A stretch of 64,000 nucleotides of DNA, taken from the NCBI GenBank assembly GCA_018402155.1, contig JAGYJG010000001.1, forward strand, positions 108,635 to 172,634, written 5' to 3'. The number at the start of each line of letters is the position of its first letter. The first letter of the stretch is position 1. Shown one piece after another: positions 17,925-28,878 of this stretch. The notes under the pieces were generated by a model. It had not been told where the DNA came from. It ran no database searches and worked only from the letters and a program-made list of their open reading frames with translations. The DNA comes from Bacteroidia bacterium (GTDB taxonomy: Bacteria > Bacteroidota > Bacteroidia > NS11-12g > UBA9320). A program made the translations under genes and the position numbers.

Positions 17925-20423
17925 ATGAGAGAGCTACTATTTGGATTTATAATGTTTATTACCTTCTCTAGTTTATTGGGGCAAACCTCCGTAAAAGGAA
18001 GGGTGACCGATGCTAATACAGGAGAACCACTGCCCTACGTAGCACTTCGGGGAGCTAATGTACCTGTGGGAGCGATTACAGATTTTGATGGATATTACAG
18101 CATAGAAACAAATGAGATTATAGATACTCTCATAGCCTTATATATGGGCTACACTGACGAAAAACAAGTTGTAGAGCTCAACAAAGAACAACGCATTGAT
18201 TTTTCTTTATCCCAATCCGCTAACATGTTGAAAGAGTTTGTGGTGCGACCCGGCGGAGTAAATCCCGCTTTGGTCATCATGAAGCGAGCTCAAAAAATGA
18301 AAAAAGACCATAACCCTGAAAAAATAGAATACTACGAATACGAAGGATACAATAAGGTACAGCTAGCTGTAGATAATGTTACAGAAAAATTTAGAAAGCG
18401 AAAAATATTCGCTGCAATGGAGCCACTTTTTGACACAATTAGTAGTTTTAGCGACAGTAGCTCTCAAAAAGTATTGCCCGTTTTCGTGTCAGAGACGATC
18501 AGTGATTATTTCTATCGTAAGTTTCCTCGAAGAACTAAAGAAATTATCAAAGCTACTAAATTACAAGGTGTGGGCGTAGGAGATGAGAGCTACGTTTCGC
18601 AGATACTAGGCTCTACTTTTCAGCAATATAACTTTTATGAAAATAACCTCTATATACTAGATAAAGACTTTATCTCTCCAATGAGTAGTACAGCCAATGC
18701 TTACTATTATTTCACACTAAGAGATAGTGTGATTATAGATGGAAAATCTTGTTATCAAATACAAGTGGATCCTAAAAATCCTATTGATTTAGTTTTTCGT
18801 GGGATGATTTGGATAGAAGCTAAATCGTACGCTATGAAACAGCTCAGCTTAGAAATAACGAGTGAAGCCAACCTTAATTTTGTAGAGAAATTAAAGATAC
18901 AGCAAGAATTTCAAGAGGTGGAACCATCATATTGGCTTCCAAACAAAACAAGGGTTCTTATCGATATAGCTGAATTGACGAATAACACAGTAGGGATGAT
19001 AGGTTTGTACTATAACTCTAATAAAAATATTAAAATAAATAAAGTACACGAACTGCCTTTTTATGAAGAAAAATTGGGGGTAGTAGATAATTCATTTTCA
19101 CGCACAGAGGAGTATTGGGATACTGCTCGGCATGAGCGTATAACCGAAGATGATAAACGGGTATATAAAATGGTGGATTCTCTAAAAAATCAACCATTGG
19201 TAAAAACATACATTGATATTGTAGAGATAGCTGTGGAGGGCCACTTTCCCAAAGGAAAAGTAGACTTAGGACCGTGGTATTATCTCCTAGGATATAACCG
19301 TCTAGAGGGCTTTCGAACACGTGTAGGATTTAGAACTTCACCACAGTTTCATAAAGATTTTCAACTAAGGACCTATGGAGCTTATGGTTTTCAAGATAGG
19401 CAGTTTAAGTATGGAGTATTTGCAGACTACGTATTTAGTCGAACCAAGTGGGCCAAAGCAGGACTAGCTGTAAAACGTGACGTGGAGCTCATAGGACTTA
19501 CAGATGAGGATATTGGCACTAGTGCTATTTATGACGCATTTGCTCTTTTTGGTACTGACCAGATAAATAGGTCGTTTACAAAAAAAATATGGGCAGAAAA
19601 AGAGTTGGTAAAAGGATATACTCAGCGCATAAATGTGAGCCATAAAACATTTGACTTTGAACCCGTTAATGATTTTAACTTTGGATATTACAGCACACCC
19701 GGAGATAATACTTCTGCCGTCCGTTCAAATTTTGACATCTTTTCCGTAAATCTGCGTGGGCGGTTTTCAAGGAAGGAACAGTTTATTTACAGACGCACCA
19801 ATAGGTACAGTTTGGGTAATCTTAAAGCACCAGTCCTTTCTATAGACTATACCCGAAGTTTTGATAATTTGCTAGGTGGCGATTTTACCTTCGATAAAAT
19901 AGGATTAGAGTTGTGGCAGTTTAACAGCTTAGGAAATTTTGGGACGTTTATATATAATGTGAAAGCCTACCGAACCTTTGGTGAGGCGCCCTACCCCGCT
20001 CTCTACATTATGCGTGGTAATCAGTCGTTTTTTAGTAATGCACAATCTTACAATTTGATGGATTTCTTTGAATTTGCAGCTGATAGGTTTATAGCAGCAG
20101 ACTATGAACATCAATTTAATGGGCTAATTATGAATAGAATACCGCTAGCAAAACGCTTGAAATGGCGAAGTTTTGTAAATACTAAAGCTGTATATGGCAC
20201 TATGAGTGAAGCTAATAGAGCCTATATGCCTTTTGATAATACCATCTATACAAACCCGAGTTTCTTTGCCAACGGTATACCCTATGTAGAGATGGGTTAC
20301 GGCATAGAGAATATCTTTCGTTTTTTGCGTTTAGATTTCATTCATCGTCTTACCTACTTAGACGAAAATCATCCTAACGCACAGCCTTTTGGAGTGAAAT
20401 TTAACGCAGTTTTGCGTTTCTAA
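17925..20423 (+). CDS. Carboxypeptidase-regulatory-like domain + DUF5686-type large outer-membrane-associated protein
   Basis: Signal peptide, then the CarboxypepD_reg-like start VKGRVTDANTGEPLPYVAL...TDFDGYYSI. Long beta-rich C-terminus ending in an aromatic residue (LRF). The family name is recalled from memory, not searched. Confidence 0.6.
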   Translation: MRELLFGFIMFITFSSLLGQTSVKGRVTDANTGEPLPYVALRGANVPVGAITDFDGYYSIETNEIIDTLIALYMGYTDEKQVVELNKEQRIDFSLSQSANMLKEFVVRPGGVNPALVIMKRAQKMKKDHNPEKIEYYEYEGYNKVQLAVDNVTEKFRKRKIFAAMEPLFDTISSFSDSSSQKVLPVFVSETISDYFYRKFPRRTKEIIKATKLQGVGVGDESYVSQILGSTFQQYNFYENNLYILDKDFISPMSSTANAYYYFTLRDSVIIDGKSCYQIQVDPKNPIDLVFRGMIWIEAKSYAMKQLSLEITSEANLNFVEKLKIQQEFQEVEPSYWLPNKTRVLIDIAELTNNTVGMIGLYYNSNKNIKINKVHELPFYEEKLGVVDNSFSRTEEYWDTARHERITEDDKRVYKMVDSLKNQPLVKTYIDIVEIAVEGHFPKGKVDLGPWYYLLGYNRLEGFRTRVGFRTSPQFHKDFQLRTYGAYGFQDRQFKYGVFADYVFSRTKWAKAGLAVKRDVELIGLTDEDIGTSAIYDAFALFGTDQINRSFTKKIWAEKELVKGYTQRINVSHKTFDFEPVNDFNFGYYSTPGDNTSAVRSNFDIFSVNLRGRFSRKEQFIYRRTNRYSLGNLKAPVLSIDYTRSFDNLLGGDFTFDKIGLELWQFNSLGNFGTFIYNVKAYRTFGEAPYPALYIMRGNQSFFSNAQSYNLMDFFEFAADRFIAADYEHQFNGLIMNRIPLAKRLKWRSFVNTKAVYGTMSEANRAYMPFDNTIYTNPSFFANGIPYVEMGYGIENIFRFLRLDFIHRLTYLDENHPNAQPFGVKFNAVLRF

Positions 20424-20571
20424 AAGACTGAAGTACCTAGTGTGTTTATAGCTAATAACTATACTACAAAACCTTTAAAAATAATGTAAAATTAAAAGTT
20501 GTATGCCTAAGATTAAGCTACCCAAACCATGGGTTATTGCTTACTTAAACTTTTGAAGTGTATACACATTT

Positions 20572-21006
20572 TCATCCAATTGTTTTTGACATTTTGTAAT
20601 GCTCCATACCCACTTCTTCAAAAACAGCCGAACAAACAGAGTAGCCCAATTTTTGATAAAATCCAACGGCATAGTGACGTGCGTGTAAAACAATGGAATC
20701 CATGTTGTTTTTAATGGCATAGTTTTCTAATGCAGACACAAGTTGCAAACCATAACCTTTACCGCGTATTTTTTCTGAAGTCGCCATTTGGCGAAGCTTG
20801 CCAATACCGGCTGAATAGTGGGGTATGAGAACAACACAGCCTACTAATTGTGTATTCTCTATGGCAGCAAAATGCACTTGACGTGCTTCGTCAGACAAAT
20901 CTTCGTTAAATATGTTTTGGCCCAAGGGTATGCGGAGTATCTCATTGCGCAAGATGAGCGCTTGTTTATACAGTTCAGTATGTACTGTTATCTGTTTTAT
21001 TATCAT
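20572..21006 (-). CDS. GNAT family N-acetyltransferase
   Basis: 144 aa. Acetyl-CoA binding block RQMATSEKIRGKGYGLQLV (Q/RxxGxG/A). Confidence 0.8.
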   Translation of the reverse strand: MIIKQITVHTELYKQALILRNEILRIPLGQNIFNEDLSDEARQVHFAAIENTQLVGCVVLIPHYSAGIGKLRQMATSEKIRGKGYGLQLVSALENYAIKNNMDSIVLHARHYAVGFYQKLGYSVCSAVFEEVGMEHYKMSKTIG

Positions 21007-21531
21007 TTATCTACTCCAAATTCTCATTCCAAAGGATACTGTATTTCCTGTAAAAACCTGCTTATTATCAAAATATTTACCTACCTCTATAAACATGTCA
21101 AATTTCACGTTTACGGCGGTTATTCCTACTTCTCCCGAAATGCGATGAGCTTGACTCACAAATCCTCCTAATGAAGTTTCTCCTAGCAGAAGTCTGTAGC
21201 TTCCTTTGCCATAAAAAGGACTGTCTCCTATATACTCACTAAAACTAAGTCCCGCGTTAAAGGCTGAATGTCGTTGGGGCAAACGGGTATATAGATTACT
21301 GTCAATGCTCAAAAAAGTAGCACCAATCTCTATCTTTATTCTTTTTCCTATCTCTAGTTGCGGGGTAAAAAGCGTTCCTGCTACAGGTTCGCTGGTGTTA
21401 GAGCTTAAATGACCTACAGACATGCTCACACCACCTAACTTATCTGCCGATTGCAGCTTTGATTGTGTGTCTGTTTGGGCATAGACTTTTGTCCCAAAAA
21501 TACATAAAATCAGTAGCAGAATCTTTTTCAT
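21007..21531 (-). CDS. Small secreted beta-barrel-like outer membrane protein (hypothetical)
   Basis: Signal peptide MKKILLLILCIFGTKVYAQ, then alternating hydrophobic beta-strand pattern with Gly/aromatic girdles. Its stop abuts the GNAT ATG with zero spacer. Confidence 0.45.
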   Translation of the reverse strand: MKKILLLILCIFGTKVYAQTDTQSKLQSADKLGGVSMSVGHLSSNTSEPVAGTLFTPQLEIGKRIKIEIGATFLSIDSNLYTRLPQRHSAFNAGLSFSEYIGDSPFYGKGSYRLLLGETSLGGFVSQAHRISGEVGITAVNVKFDMFIEVGKYFDNKQVFTGNTVSFGMRIWSR

Positions 21532-21600
21532 AACGGTAAAAATATGGTTTTTCTGTATTAGTTCCGTTGATTAACCGGGATGTAAAGTTTTTTTAGGGTG

Positions 21601-23868
21601 TTAAAACAGACCTTTTTTACCCTGTGCATCTACTACGGCGAGGTTTATCATATTCACAATTTCTCGCACGGAGCTACCAAGCTGAAGCACATGCACTGAT
21701 TTCTTGAAACCTAAAAGTACAGGCCCTATAGCCTCGGATATACCTAGACTTTGTACCATTTTGTAAGCTATATTCCCAGAGCTGAGTGCCGGAAATATAA
21801 ATACATTGGCATTTTCTTTGCCCAATTTGCAAAAAGGAAATAATTCTTGTCTTAACTCGGCATCTAGTGCCGTGTTGGCTTGCATCTCACCATCTACTAG
21901 TATCTCAGGATTTTCTGTATGCAGTCGTTTCAAGGCTTGTTGTATGGTTGTTACGGTTGTGCCTTTTGCCGATCCAAAATTGCTATAGCTCAACATAGCA
22001 ATACGTGGTTTTACTTGAAGTTTAGAAACCATTTTGTGCGTCAATTTCACAATGTCTACCAAATCGTTTGCATTGGGTTCTATATTAACTGTTGTGTCTG
22101 CAAAAAAGAGTGGACCTTGCTTAGTCATAATGATATACATACCTGCTACTTTTTCAGTTCCTTCCTCCTTTCCAATGATACCTAGGGCAGGGCGTATAGT
22201 TTCTGGGTAGTTACTGTTTTGTCCACTAATAAAAGCATCTGCTTCACCCAGTTCTACCATCATTGTACCGAAATAGGTACGTTGGCGCATTTTGCGCTTG
22301 GCTTGAAAAAGGGTTAGCCCTTTTCGTTGTCTTTTTTCGTAGTACGCTTGTCCGTAGGCATCTGTTTTTTTTGGAGATCTACTGGGATCTATGATTTGGC
22401 AATCAGCTAGATTTAAACCAAGATCAGCGATAGTTTCTCGAATCTGATCTTCAAAACCTAGTAGTATCGGAATACAGCTACCTTCTTCTCTTGCGGCGTG
22501 TGCAGCTTTCAATATTTTTGGATTATCAGCCTCTCCAAAAACGATACGCTGTGGATTTTGTTTTGCTCTTCCAGCTATGCTTCGCAAAAATTGATTGTCT
22601 AGTCCCATGCGTTTGCGCAGCTCGGTGCGGTAGGCATCCCAGTCATCAATATTGAGTTGGGCCACGCCACTGTCCATAGCTGCTTTGGCTACGGCGGGTG
22701 CTACAGTGGTAATAAGGCGTGAGTCTAAAGGTTTTGGGATAATATAGTTTTGTCCAAAACTCATATCAGATTGATTGTAAGCAATTAGCACCCCATCTGG
22801 CACGGGTTCTTTAGCTAGTTCTGCGAGTGCTTTTACAGCAGCTAGTTTCATTTCTTCGTTTATAGCTGTAGCTCGCACATCTAAAGCTCCTCTGAATATA
22901 AATGGGAATCCTAGTACATTATTTACTTGGTTGGGGTAGTCTGATCGACCTGTTGCCATTATTACATCCTCCCTCGCGGCTACGGCATCTTCATATTTTA
23001 TTTCGGGATTAGGATTTGCCAGGGCAAAAACAATGGGCTTTGCTGCCATAGATTTTATCATATCTGGGCTTACTATATTTCCTACTGACAGTCCTAAAAA
23101 AACATCTGCACCAACCAACGCTTCACTCAATTCATTGTATTTTTTTGGTGTTGTGAAATGTGCCTTCCATTTGTCTAGGTCTGTGCGATCGTCACTCACC
23201 TGGCCTTCTCTATCAAACATATAGATATTTTCTTTCTTTATGCCCACACTTATCCAAAGTTTAACACATGAAATACCAGCAGCTCCGGCGCCACTTACAA
23301 CCACTCGCACTTCTTCAGCTTTTTTACCGGCCAATTCTAGCGCATTGAGTAGTCCAGCGGTACTTATAATTGCAGTGCCGTGCTGGTCGTCATGCATTAA
23401 TGGTATTTTCATTTCCCTTTTTAAGGTTTCTTCTATTAAGAAACTTTCAGGTGCTTTAATATCTTCTAAATTTATACCGCCAAATGTGGGCTCTAATGCT
23501 TTGACTACATCTATGAATTTTTGTGGATCTGTGGCGTCTACTTCTATATCAAACACATCTATATCCGCAAATATTTTAAATAGAACTCCCTTCCCCTCCA
23601 TTACAGGCTTAGATGCAAGGGGTCCAAGATTTCCTAAACCTAAAACTGCGCTGCCATTTGTAATAACGCCTACTAAGTTCCCCTTTGCTGTATATTTATA
23701 TGCGTCTTGAGGGTTTTTGAATATCTCTTCGCAAGGATCTGCCACTCCTGGAGAGTAAGCCAAGCTCAGGTCTCGTTTTGTTTGAGTTGGTTTCGTAGGT
23801 ATTACCTCTATTTTTCCCGGTCTACCCTTAGAGTGATAGTCTAGTGCGTTGTCAAATTGACTGTCCAT
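21601..23868 (-). CDS. maeB: NADP-dependent malic enzyme (malic enzyme domain + phosphotransacetylase-like domain)
   Basis: 755 aa. [18 protein letters not shown] and VVSGAGAAG in the N-terminal half. PTA-like C-terminal half. Confidence 0.92.
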   Translation of the reverse strand: MDSQFDNALDYHSKGRPGKIEVIPTKPTQTKRDLSLAYSPGVADPCEEIFKNPQDAYKYTAKGNLVGVITNGSAVLGLGNLGPLASKPVMEGKGVLFKIFADIDVFDIEVDATDPQKFIDVVKALEPTFGGINLEDIKAPESFLIEETLKREMKIPLMHDDQHGTAIISTAGLLNALELAGKKAEEVRVVVSGAGAAGISCVKLWISVGIKKENIYMFDREGQVSDDRTDLDKWKAHFTTPKKYNELSEALVGADVFLGLSVGNIVSPDMIKSMAAKPIVFALANPNPEIKYEDAVAAREDVIMATGRSDYPNQVNNVLGFPFIFRGALDVRATAINEEMKLAAVKALAELAKEPVPDGVLIAYNQSDMSFGQNYIIPKPLDSRLITTVAPAVAKAAMDSGVAQLNIDDWDAYRTELRKRMGLDNQFLRSIAGRAKQNPQRIVFGEADNPKILKAAHAAREEGSCIPILLGFEDQIRETIADLGLNLADCQIIDPSRSPKKTDAYGQAYYEKRQRKGLTLFQAKRKMRQRTYFGTMMVELGEADAFISGQNSNYPETIRPALGIIGKEEGTEKVAGMYIIMTKQGPLFFADTTVNIEPNANDLVDIVKLTHKMVSKLQVKPRIAMLSYSNFGSAKGTTVTTIQQALKRLHTENPEILVDGEMQANTALDAELRQELFPFCKLGKENANVFIFPALSSGNIAYKMVQSLGISEAIGPVLLGFKKSVHVLQLGSSVREIVNMINLAVVDAQGKKGLF

Positions 23869-23904
23869 ATATTTTGGTTATTAATTTAGCTCGATTATGA
23901 TAAA

Positions 23905-23912
23905 GCAAAGAT
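23905..23912 (-). promoter_or_regulatory. Bacteroidota -7 box TATCTTTG upstream of maeB
   Basis: Exact TAnnTTTG on the minus strand, 36 nt upstream of the maeB ATG (23868). No clean -33 TTTG was seen. Confidence 0.35.
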
Positions 23913-24084
23913 ATTTTTTGTTGGCTAACAGTGACCCATTTCTCCTGTTTTTTTTAAGTAAGATATTTGGTGAATATTGCTGATTTATAGCCACTGTTTA
24001 TAGGGCCTGTATCTATCAATACAAAGAAAAAAATAGACGATAAAACGCGAGAGTATTTACTTATTTTTTGGGTGCGGTAAAGAT

Positions 24085-24573
24085 TTATTGAAGGACGATG
24101 CGGTCAAACGTCTTTTCCTCCCCAAGTAGCATGCTAGATACTTTCCCTCGGTAGTTTAGCTGCACCATATTCTTTTGATTGGGAAATTGTTTTTGTAAGA
24201 GCGTATTTTCCATACTAAGGGACTTTATTTTTTTGCGGTACTTTAAGGGTTTAAAGTGAATAATTGTTTCTGCAAATGTTACTTCAATTAATTCTACGCT
24301 TAGCAGCTGTTTTTTAGCATTAATGTAAAGTGTTGTATTAAGTTGTATGTACTTATTTAAGAGTGGTATATGATTTTCTACGGACGTATTTTCTAAGTAA
24401 ATTTCTCTGTTTTGGAGATCATTAAGCACAGTTTCTAAGTGCTCTGTATCTGTGCGCCACACCATGTCAAAGGCCTTATTTTTTTCGTTATATGTCATAG
24501 TAAGCCACGAGGTATGAAAATCGTGATGTGGCATAATGAAACTTAAAATGAATGAAAGTAAAAAAAACAACAC
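24085..24573 (-). CDS. Hypothetical secreted protein, possibly DUF6702 family
   Basis: Hydrophobic N-terminus followed by HHDFHTSWLTMTYN, which resembles the HxFHxS start of DUF6702 proteins often found next to M1 peptidases. Recalled from memory only. Confidence 0.45.
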   Translation of the reverse strand: MLFFLLSFILSFIMPHHDFHTSWLTMTYNEKNKAFDMVWRTDTEHLETVLNDLQNREIYLENTSVENHIPLLNKYIQLNTTLYINAKKQLLSVELIEVTFAETIIHFKPLKYRKKIKSLSMENTLLQKQFPNQKNMVQLNYRGKVSSMLLGEEKTFDRIVLQ

Positions 24574-24614
24574 AGTTACAAAGCTATTAAATTTTGTTAC
24601 TTTGTGCCACTTTT

Positions 24615-26807
24615 ATGAAAAAAGCAGGAATAATACTTGGTATCGCAGTCGGGTTTTTAACCCTTAGTTCTTGGGCTCAAAACCCAAACACAAATCAAAA
24701 TAAATTTCGTCAATTAGACGCAGACTTACCTACACCCAATGTATATCGCACTGCAAGTGGAGCTCCGGGTCATCTCTATTGGCAAAATACCGCAGATTAC
24801 GTGATGAATATTTCTTTGGATGATGACAATCAAAGGGTATACGGTGATGAGGTAATCACTTATACCAATGCCTCGCCAGACCAGTTGGAGTATCTATGGG
24901 TACAGTTAGATCAGAATATTAGAAGTAAAACATCTGAAACCTACAAAATACAACAGGGGAAACTCGACAATGGTGTTAGTCTTTACGAATATTTTAGAAT
25001 GTTTCACACTTTCCCAGGTGGGTTCAATATAGAGTATGTGAAAGATGCCAAAGATCAGGATTTTGCTGTAAAGGTGAACCACACTATGATGCGGATAAAT
25101 CTTGACGAACCCCTGCAATCGGGAAAATCTATTGAGATAAAAATAAAATGGTGGTATAATATAAATGACCGGATGGAAGACGGAGGAAGAAGTGGGTATG
25201 AATATTTTAAAGAGGATAATAATTATTTGTATACTATAGCTCAGTTTTTTCCACGTATGGCAGTTTATAGTGATGTAACCGGCTGGCAAAACAAACAGTT
25301 TTTGGGCAATGGAGAGTTTACTTTACCATTTGGCAATTATGATGTAAAACTAACCGTGCCAAGTGATATGATAGTAGGTGCTACAGGGGAGATTCAGAAT
25401 ACAAACGACGTGCTATCTGCTAAACAACTAGCGCGACTAGAGATGGCAAAAACAAGTGTTAAACCCGTTGTTATCGTGACGCAAGAAGAGGCTACTGAAA
25501 ATGAAAACAGCAAATCTAAAGATACTAAAACGTGGCATTTTAAGGCGGAAAATGTGCGTGATTACGGTTGGTGTGCTAGTCGTAAGTTTATTTGGGATGC
25601 GCAAGGCGTGCCTTTTGGAGACCGAACTGTGATGGCTATGTCTCTATATCCTAAAGAGGGTAATCCACTGTGGGAGCGATACAGTACAAAAGCCATTGTA
25701 CTAACGCTAGAAACCTACTCAAAGTTTACTATGGAATATCCCTATCCGGTGGCTTATTCTATAAATGGGAAAAGCATAGGGATGGAATATCCAATGATTT
25801 GCTTTAACGGAGGAAGGGCAGATGCTGAAGGGAAATATAGCGATGCAGTAAAGTATAGAACTATTCTCGTCATTATACATGAAGTTGGACACAACTATTT
25901 TCCAATGATCATAAACTCGGATGAGCGACAATGGACTTGGATGGACGAAGGCCTAAACACCTTTTTGCAATATCAAACCGAAAAGGCTTGGACAGACGAA
26001 ACAGGTAAAGCTTTCCCTAGTAGCCGAGGACCTGCACATAAAATAGTACCTTATATGGCGGGAGATAAACGCTATATTTCTCCAATAATGACCAACTCCG
26101 AGAGTATACACCAATTTGGTAACAATGCGTATGGTAAACCTTGCACAGCACTCAATATACTGAGAGAAACTGTTATGGGTCCAGAGCTTTTTGATTACTC
26201 ATTTAAAGTGTATGCCAACAGATGGAAATTTAAACACCCCAGTCCTGCAGATTTTTTTCGTACAATGGAAGATGCAAGTGCCATAGACTTAGATTGGTTT
26301 TGGAGAGGATGGTTTTACACGACAGACCATTGTGATGTGGCTATAACTGACGTAAAAGAATATCAAGTAGATTTTACCGCCCCAAAAACCGGAACCTCAA
26401 GGAAAAATGTGCAAAAAATGATAAAAAAACAGAGTAATAAAGGAACGTTTGATCCTATACTGCAGAGTATAGCGAATTCTAATGACCCTGCCAAGGCATA
26501 CGAAAGTGTAAAAGCTAGTCTTACTGATGCACGCAAAGACTTGTTGAATTCTAATGCCTTTTTCTATCAAGTTGATTTACAGATGATAGGAGGCTTGGTA
26601 ATGCCTGTTATCTTTAAACTAGAATATACCGACGGAACAGAAGATGAAATAAGACTACCTGCTGAAATTTGGAAAATGCAAAACGAAAGACTAGAAGAGA
26701 CTGTAAGTAAAGTACTTATAACCAATAAGCAAGTTACTAAAATAGTGCTTGACCCAAATCTAGAAACAGCGGATACAGATACCAGTAACAATACGTGGGA
26801 ACGATAA
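24615..26807 (+). CDS. M1 family zinc metallopeptidase (aminopeptidase N-like), secreted
   Basis: HEVGHNYFP (HExxH) plus WMDEGLNTF (third zinc-ligand Glu). Signal peptide from ATG 24615; the track start at TTG 24594 is less likely. Confidence 0.88.
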   Translation: MKKAGIILGIAVGFLTLSSWAQNPNTNQNKFRQLDADLPTPNVYRTASGAPGHLYWQNTADYVMNISLDDDNQRVYGDEVITYTNASPDQLEYLWVQLDQNIRSKTSETYKIQQGKLDNGVSLYEYFRMFHTFPGGFNIEYVKDAKDQDFAVKVNHTMMRINLDEPLQSGKSIEIKIKWWYNINDRMEDGGRSGYEYFKEDNNYLYTIAQFFPRMAVYSDVTGWQNKQFLGNGEFTLPFGNYDVKLTVPSDMIVGATGEIQNTNDVLSAKQLARLEMAKTSVKPVVIVTQEEATENENSKSKDTKTWHFKAENVRDYGWCASRKFIWDAQGVPFGDRTVMAMSLYPKEGNPLWERYSTKAIVLTLETYSKFTMEYPYPVAYSINGKSIGMEYPMICFNGGRADAEGKYSDAVKYRTILVIIHEVGHNYFPMIINSDERQWTWMDEGLNTFLQYQTEKAWTDETGKAFPSSRGPAHKIVPYMAGDKRYISPIMTNSESIHQFGNNAYGKPCTALNILRETVMGPELFDYSFKVYANRWKFKHPSPADFFRTMEDASAIDLDWFWRGWFYTTDHCDVAITDVKEYQVDFTAPKTGTSRKNVQKMIKKQSNKGTFDPILQSIANSNDPAKAYESVKASLTDARKDLLNSNAFFYQVDLQMIGGLVMPVIFKLEYTDGTEDEIRLPAEIWKMQNERLEETVSKVLITNKQVTKIVLDPNLETADTDTSNNTWER

Positions 26808-26808
26808 A

Positions 26809-27678
26809 ATGAAACATTGGATTGCGGCAATTCGGCTGAAAACATTGCCACTAGCATTAGGTTCGATTGTGCTAGGCAGTAGGATGCACGAGCTTGCCTT
26901 CGATTTCCAAATTTTTATTTTTGCTGTATCTACCGCTATTTTTTTACAAATACTTAGTAACTTGGCCAATGATTATGGCGATTTTGTGAAAGGAACAGAC
27001 ATTCATCGCAAGGACAGACAACTCTCTAGTGGGCACATCTCTAAAAAATCCATGCTAATTGCTATGGTGCTTTTTACTGGGCTTACACTTGCTAGCGGTA
27101 TTTATTTATTGCACCTCGCTTTTGCCAATAATTGGACCTATTGGTTCAAGTTTTTTCCAATAGGTATTGCCAGTATTAGTGCTGCTATTTTATACACCGT
27201 TGGTAAAAAAGCATATGGATATCATGGCTTAGGTGATGTTTTTGTATTTCTGTTTTTTGGCTTAGTTGGAGTAGTTGGCACAGCCTTTCTTTTCAAACCT
27301 ACTATTACTATGGAAATTTGGTTTGCTGCTTTTGGTTATGGTGCATTGTGTGTAGGGGTGCTCAATGTGAACAATATAAGAGACTTAGATAAAGATGTGC
27401 TTACAAATAAAATAACATTAGCCTCGAAAATGGGTAGTCAAGGTGCAGTAGACTACCAGATCGCCTTAATGAGTGTTGCATTTTTAGGATTTATTACCCA
27501 TCATTTTGCTTCCAACTATTTTAGTCTTGCACCTTTTGCAGTGCTGGTATTGGGCTACACTCATATTGTGAAGCTAAAAGCCAGTAAAACTTCGGAGGAT
27601 TACAATCAACAACTTAAGTTTTTGTCCTTAGGCAGTTTGGGAGTTGTTATACTTTTCCTAATTAAGTTGTTTGTGTAG
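26809..27678 (+). CDS. menA: 1,4-dihydroxy-2-naphthoate polyprenyltransferase
   Basis: UbiA-fold polytopic protein with NLANDYGDF and NNIRDLDKD Asp-rich motifs. Adjacent to menC. Confidence 0.85.
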   Translation: MKHWIAAIRLKTLPLALGSIVLGSRMHELAFDFQIFIFAVSTAIFLQILSNLANDYGDFVKGTDIHRKDRQLSSGHISKKSMLIAMVLFTGLTLASGIYLLHLAFANNWTYWFKFFPIGIASISAAILYTVGKKAYGYHGLGDVFVFLFFGLVGVVGTAFLFKPTITMEIWFAAFGYGALCVGVLNVNNIRDLDKDVLTNKITLASKMGSQGAVDYQIALMSVAFLGFITHHFASNYFSLAPFAVLVLGYTHIVKLKASKTSEDYNQQLKFLSLGSLGVVILFLIKLFV

Positions 27679-27679
27679 T

Positions 27680-28708
27680 ATGTACTCTTATGCGCTCTCA
27701 AAACATATTCTCCAATTTATACAACCTGCTCAAACATCTCGAAATACCTTTACTGATAGGGTAATATACCTCATAACATTACTGGACATAAAAACTGGAA
27801 AACACGGAATAGGTGAGGCTGCTCCGCTACTAATGCTCAGTATAGACGACGTATCGGATTACGAAAAAGTATTGCACCAAAAGATGAAGCTATTTTGTGA
27901 ATGCGGTAGACTAGAAGATACCGATTTAGATGCTTTCCCAAGCATACGTTTCGGAATAGAGACTGCACTTCTGTCTTTGCATGCCGATCAATTTGGTAGA
28001 ATGTATCGTACACCTTTTACGCTAGGCAGTGGGTATATTCCTGTAAATGGACTTGTTTGGATGAACGATATAGAAACAATGTACCATGAAGCTATAGCCA
28101 AAATAAAGGCGGGATTTAAGGTGATAAAATTTAAAATTGGTGCATTGGATTTTGATGAGGAATGCCGCCTTCTAGAGCGTGTTAGAAATCGATATTCTGC
28201 TTTTGACATTACGATTAGGGTAGACGCTAATGGGGCTTTTTTGGCAAGTGAAGCAATGGAACAGTTGAATGAATTAAAACGATTTGAGCTGCACAGTATT
28301 GAGCAGCCTATTGCTACGCAGCAATGGGACGATATGGCAAAGCTTTGCAAAGAAAGCCCTATAGCCATAGCGTTAGACGAAGAACTGATAGGAGTAGATG
28401 TTTGGGAACAAGGGTCTAAATTGCTTCAAAATATCAAACCGCAGTACCTCGTATTGAAACCTAACCTTATAGGTGGTCTGTCCTTATCTGATGCGTGGAT
28501 AAATGAAGCGAGAAAGTTCCATATAGATTGGTGGGCAACCTCAGCATTAGAAAGTAATGTGGGGCTTAATGCTATAGCTCAATGGGTAAGTACCTACGAT
28601 GTGTCTCTGCATCAAGGATTGGGAACGGGTACTTTATTTACCAATAATCTAGATACGCAGTTAATTATTACAAAAGGTAGAATGCACTATACAGTCACAG
28701 AAGTCTAA
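27680..28708 (+). CDS. menC: o-Succinylbenzoate synthase (enolase superfamily, MLE subgroup)
   Basis: IKFKIG (KxK), VDANGAF, IEQP and LDEEL metal/acid-base positions. Context next to menA. ATG 27680 preferred over TTG 27671. Confidence 0.75.
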   Translation: MYSYALSKHILQFIQPAQTSRNTFTDRVIYLITLLDIKTGKHGIGEAAPLLMLSIDDVSDYEKVLHQKMKLFCECGRLEDTDLDAFPSIRFGIETALLSLHADQFGRMYRTPFTLGSGYIPVNGLVWMNDIETMYHEAIAKIKAGFKVIKFKIGALDFDEECRLLERVRNRYSAFDITIRVDANGAFLASEAMEQLNELKRFELHSIEQPIATQQWDDMAKLCKESPIAIALDEELIGVDVWEQGSKLLQNIKPQYLVLKPNLIGGLSLSDAWINEARKFHIDWWATSALESNVGLNAIAQWVSTYDVSLHQGLGTGTLFTNNLDTQLIITKGRMHYTVTEV

Positions 28709-28834
28709 TTTAATAACAAATCAATACTGACTTATTTTTACACCATAATGTAGCCATTATTCATTGCGTGGCAGAGAACTTTGTAAAGTCTATATAGTGG
28801 AATATATAGCTAATTTTAGCTTAACAGCAAAGAA

Positions 28835-28867
28835 TTTGAAACCATTAAAGAATATGCATTATTTTTG
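28835..28867 (+). promoter_or_regulatory. Bacteroidota-type promoter: -33 TTTG (28835-28838), 21-nt spacer, -7 TATTTTTG (28860-28867)
   Basis: Both elements are exact. The -7 box ends 11 nt before the ATG at 28879, giving a very short leader. Confidence 0.45.
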
Positions 28868-28878
28868 CAGAGGATAAT

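Noticed and set aside
23969-23996. GGTGAATATTGC ... GCCACTG, reminiscent of conserved cobalamin-riboswitch segments
   Set aside because: The surrounding 216 bp is AT-rich with no GC helices, no B12 box and no GGGAA elements. It reads on the plus strand while both neighbouring genes are on the minus strand. It is also not next to the B12 enzyme. This is a chance similarity.
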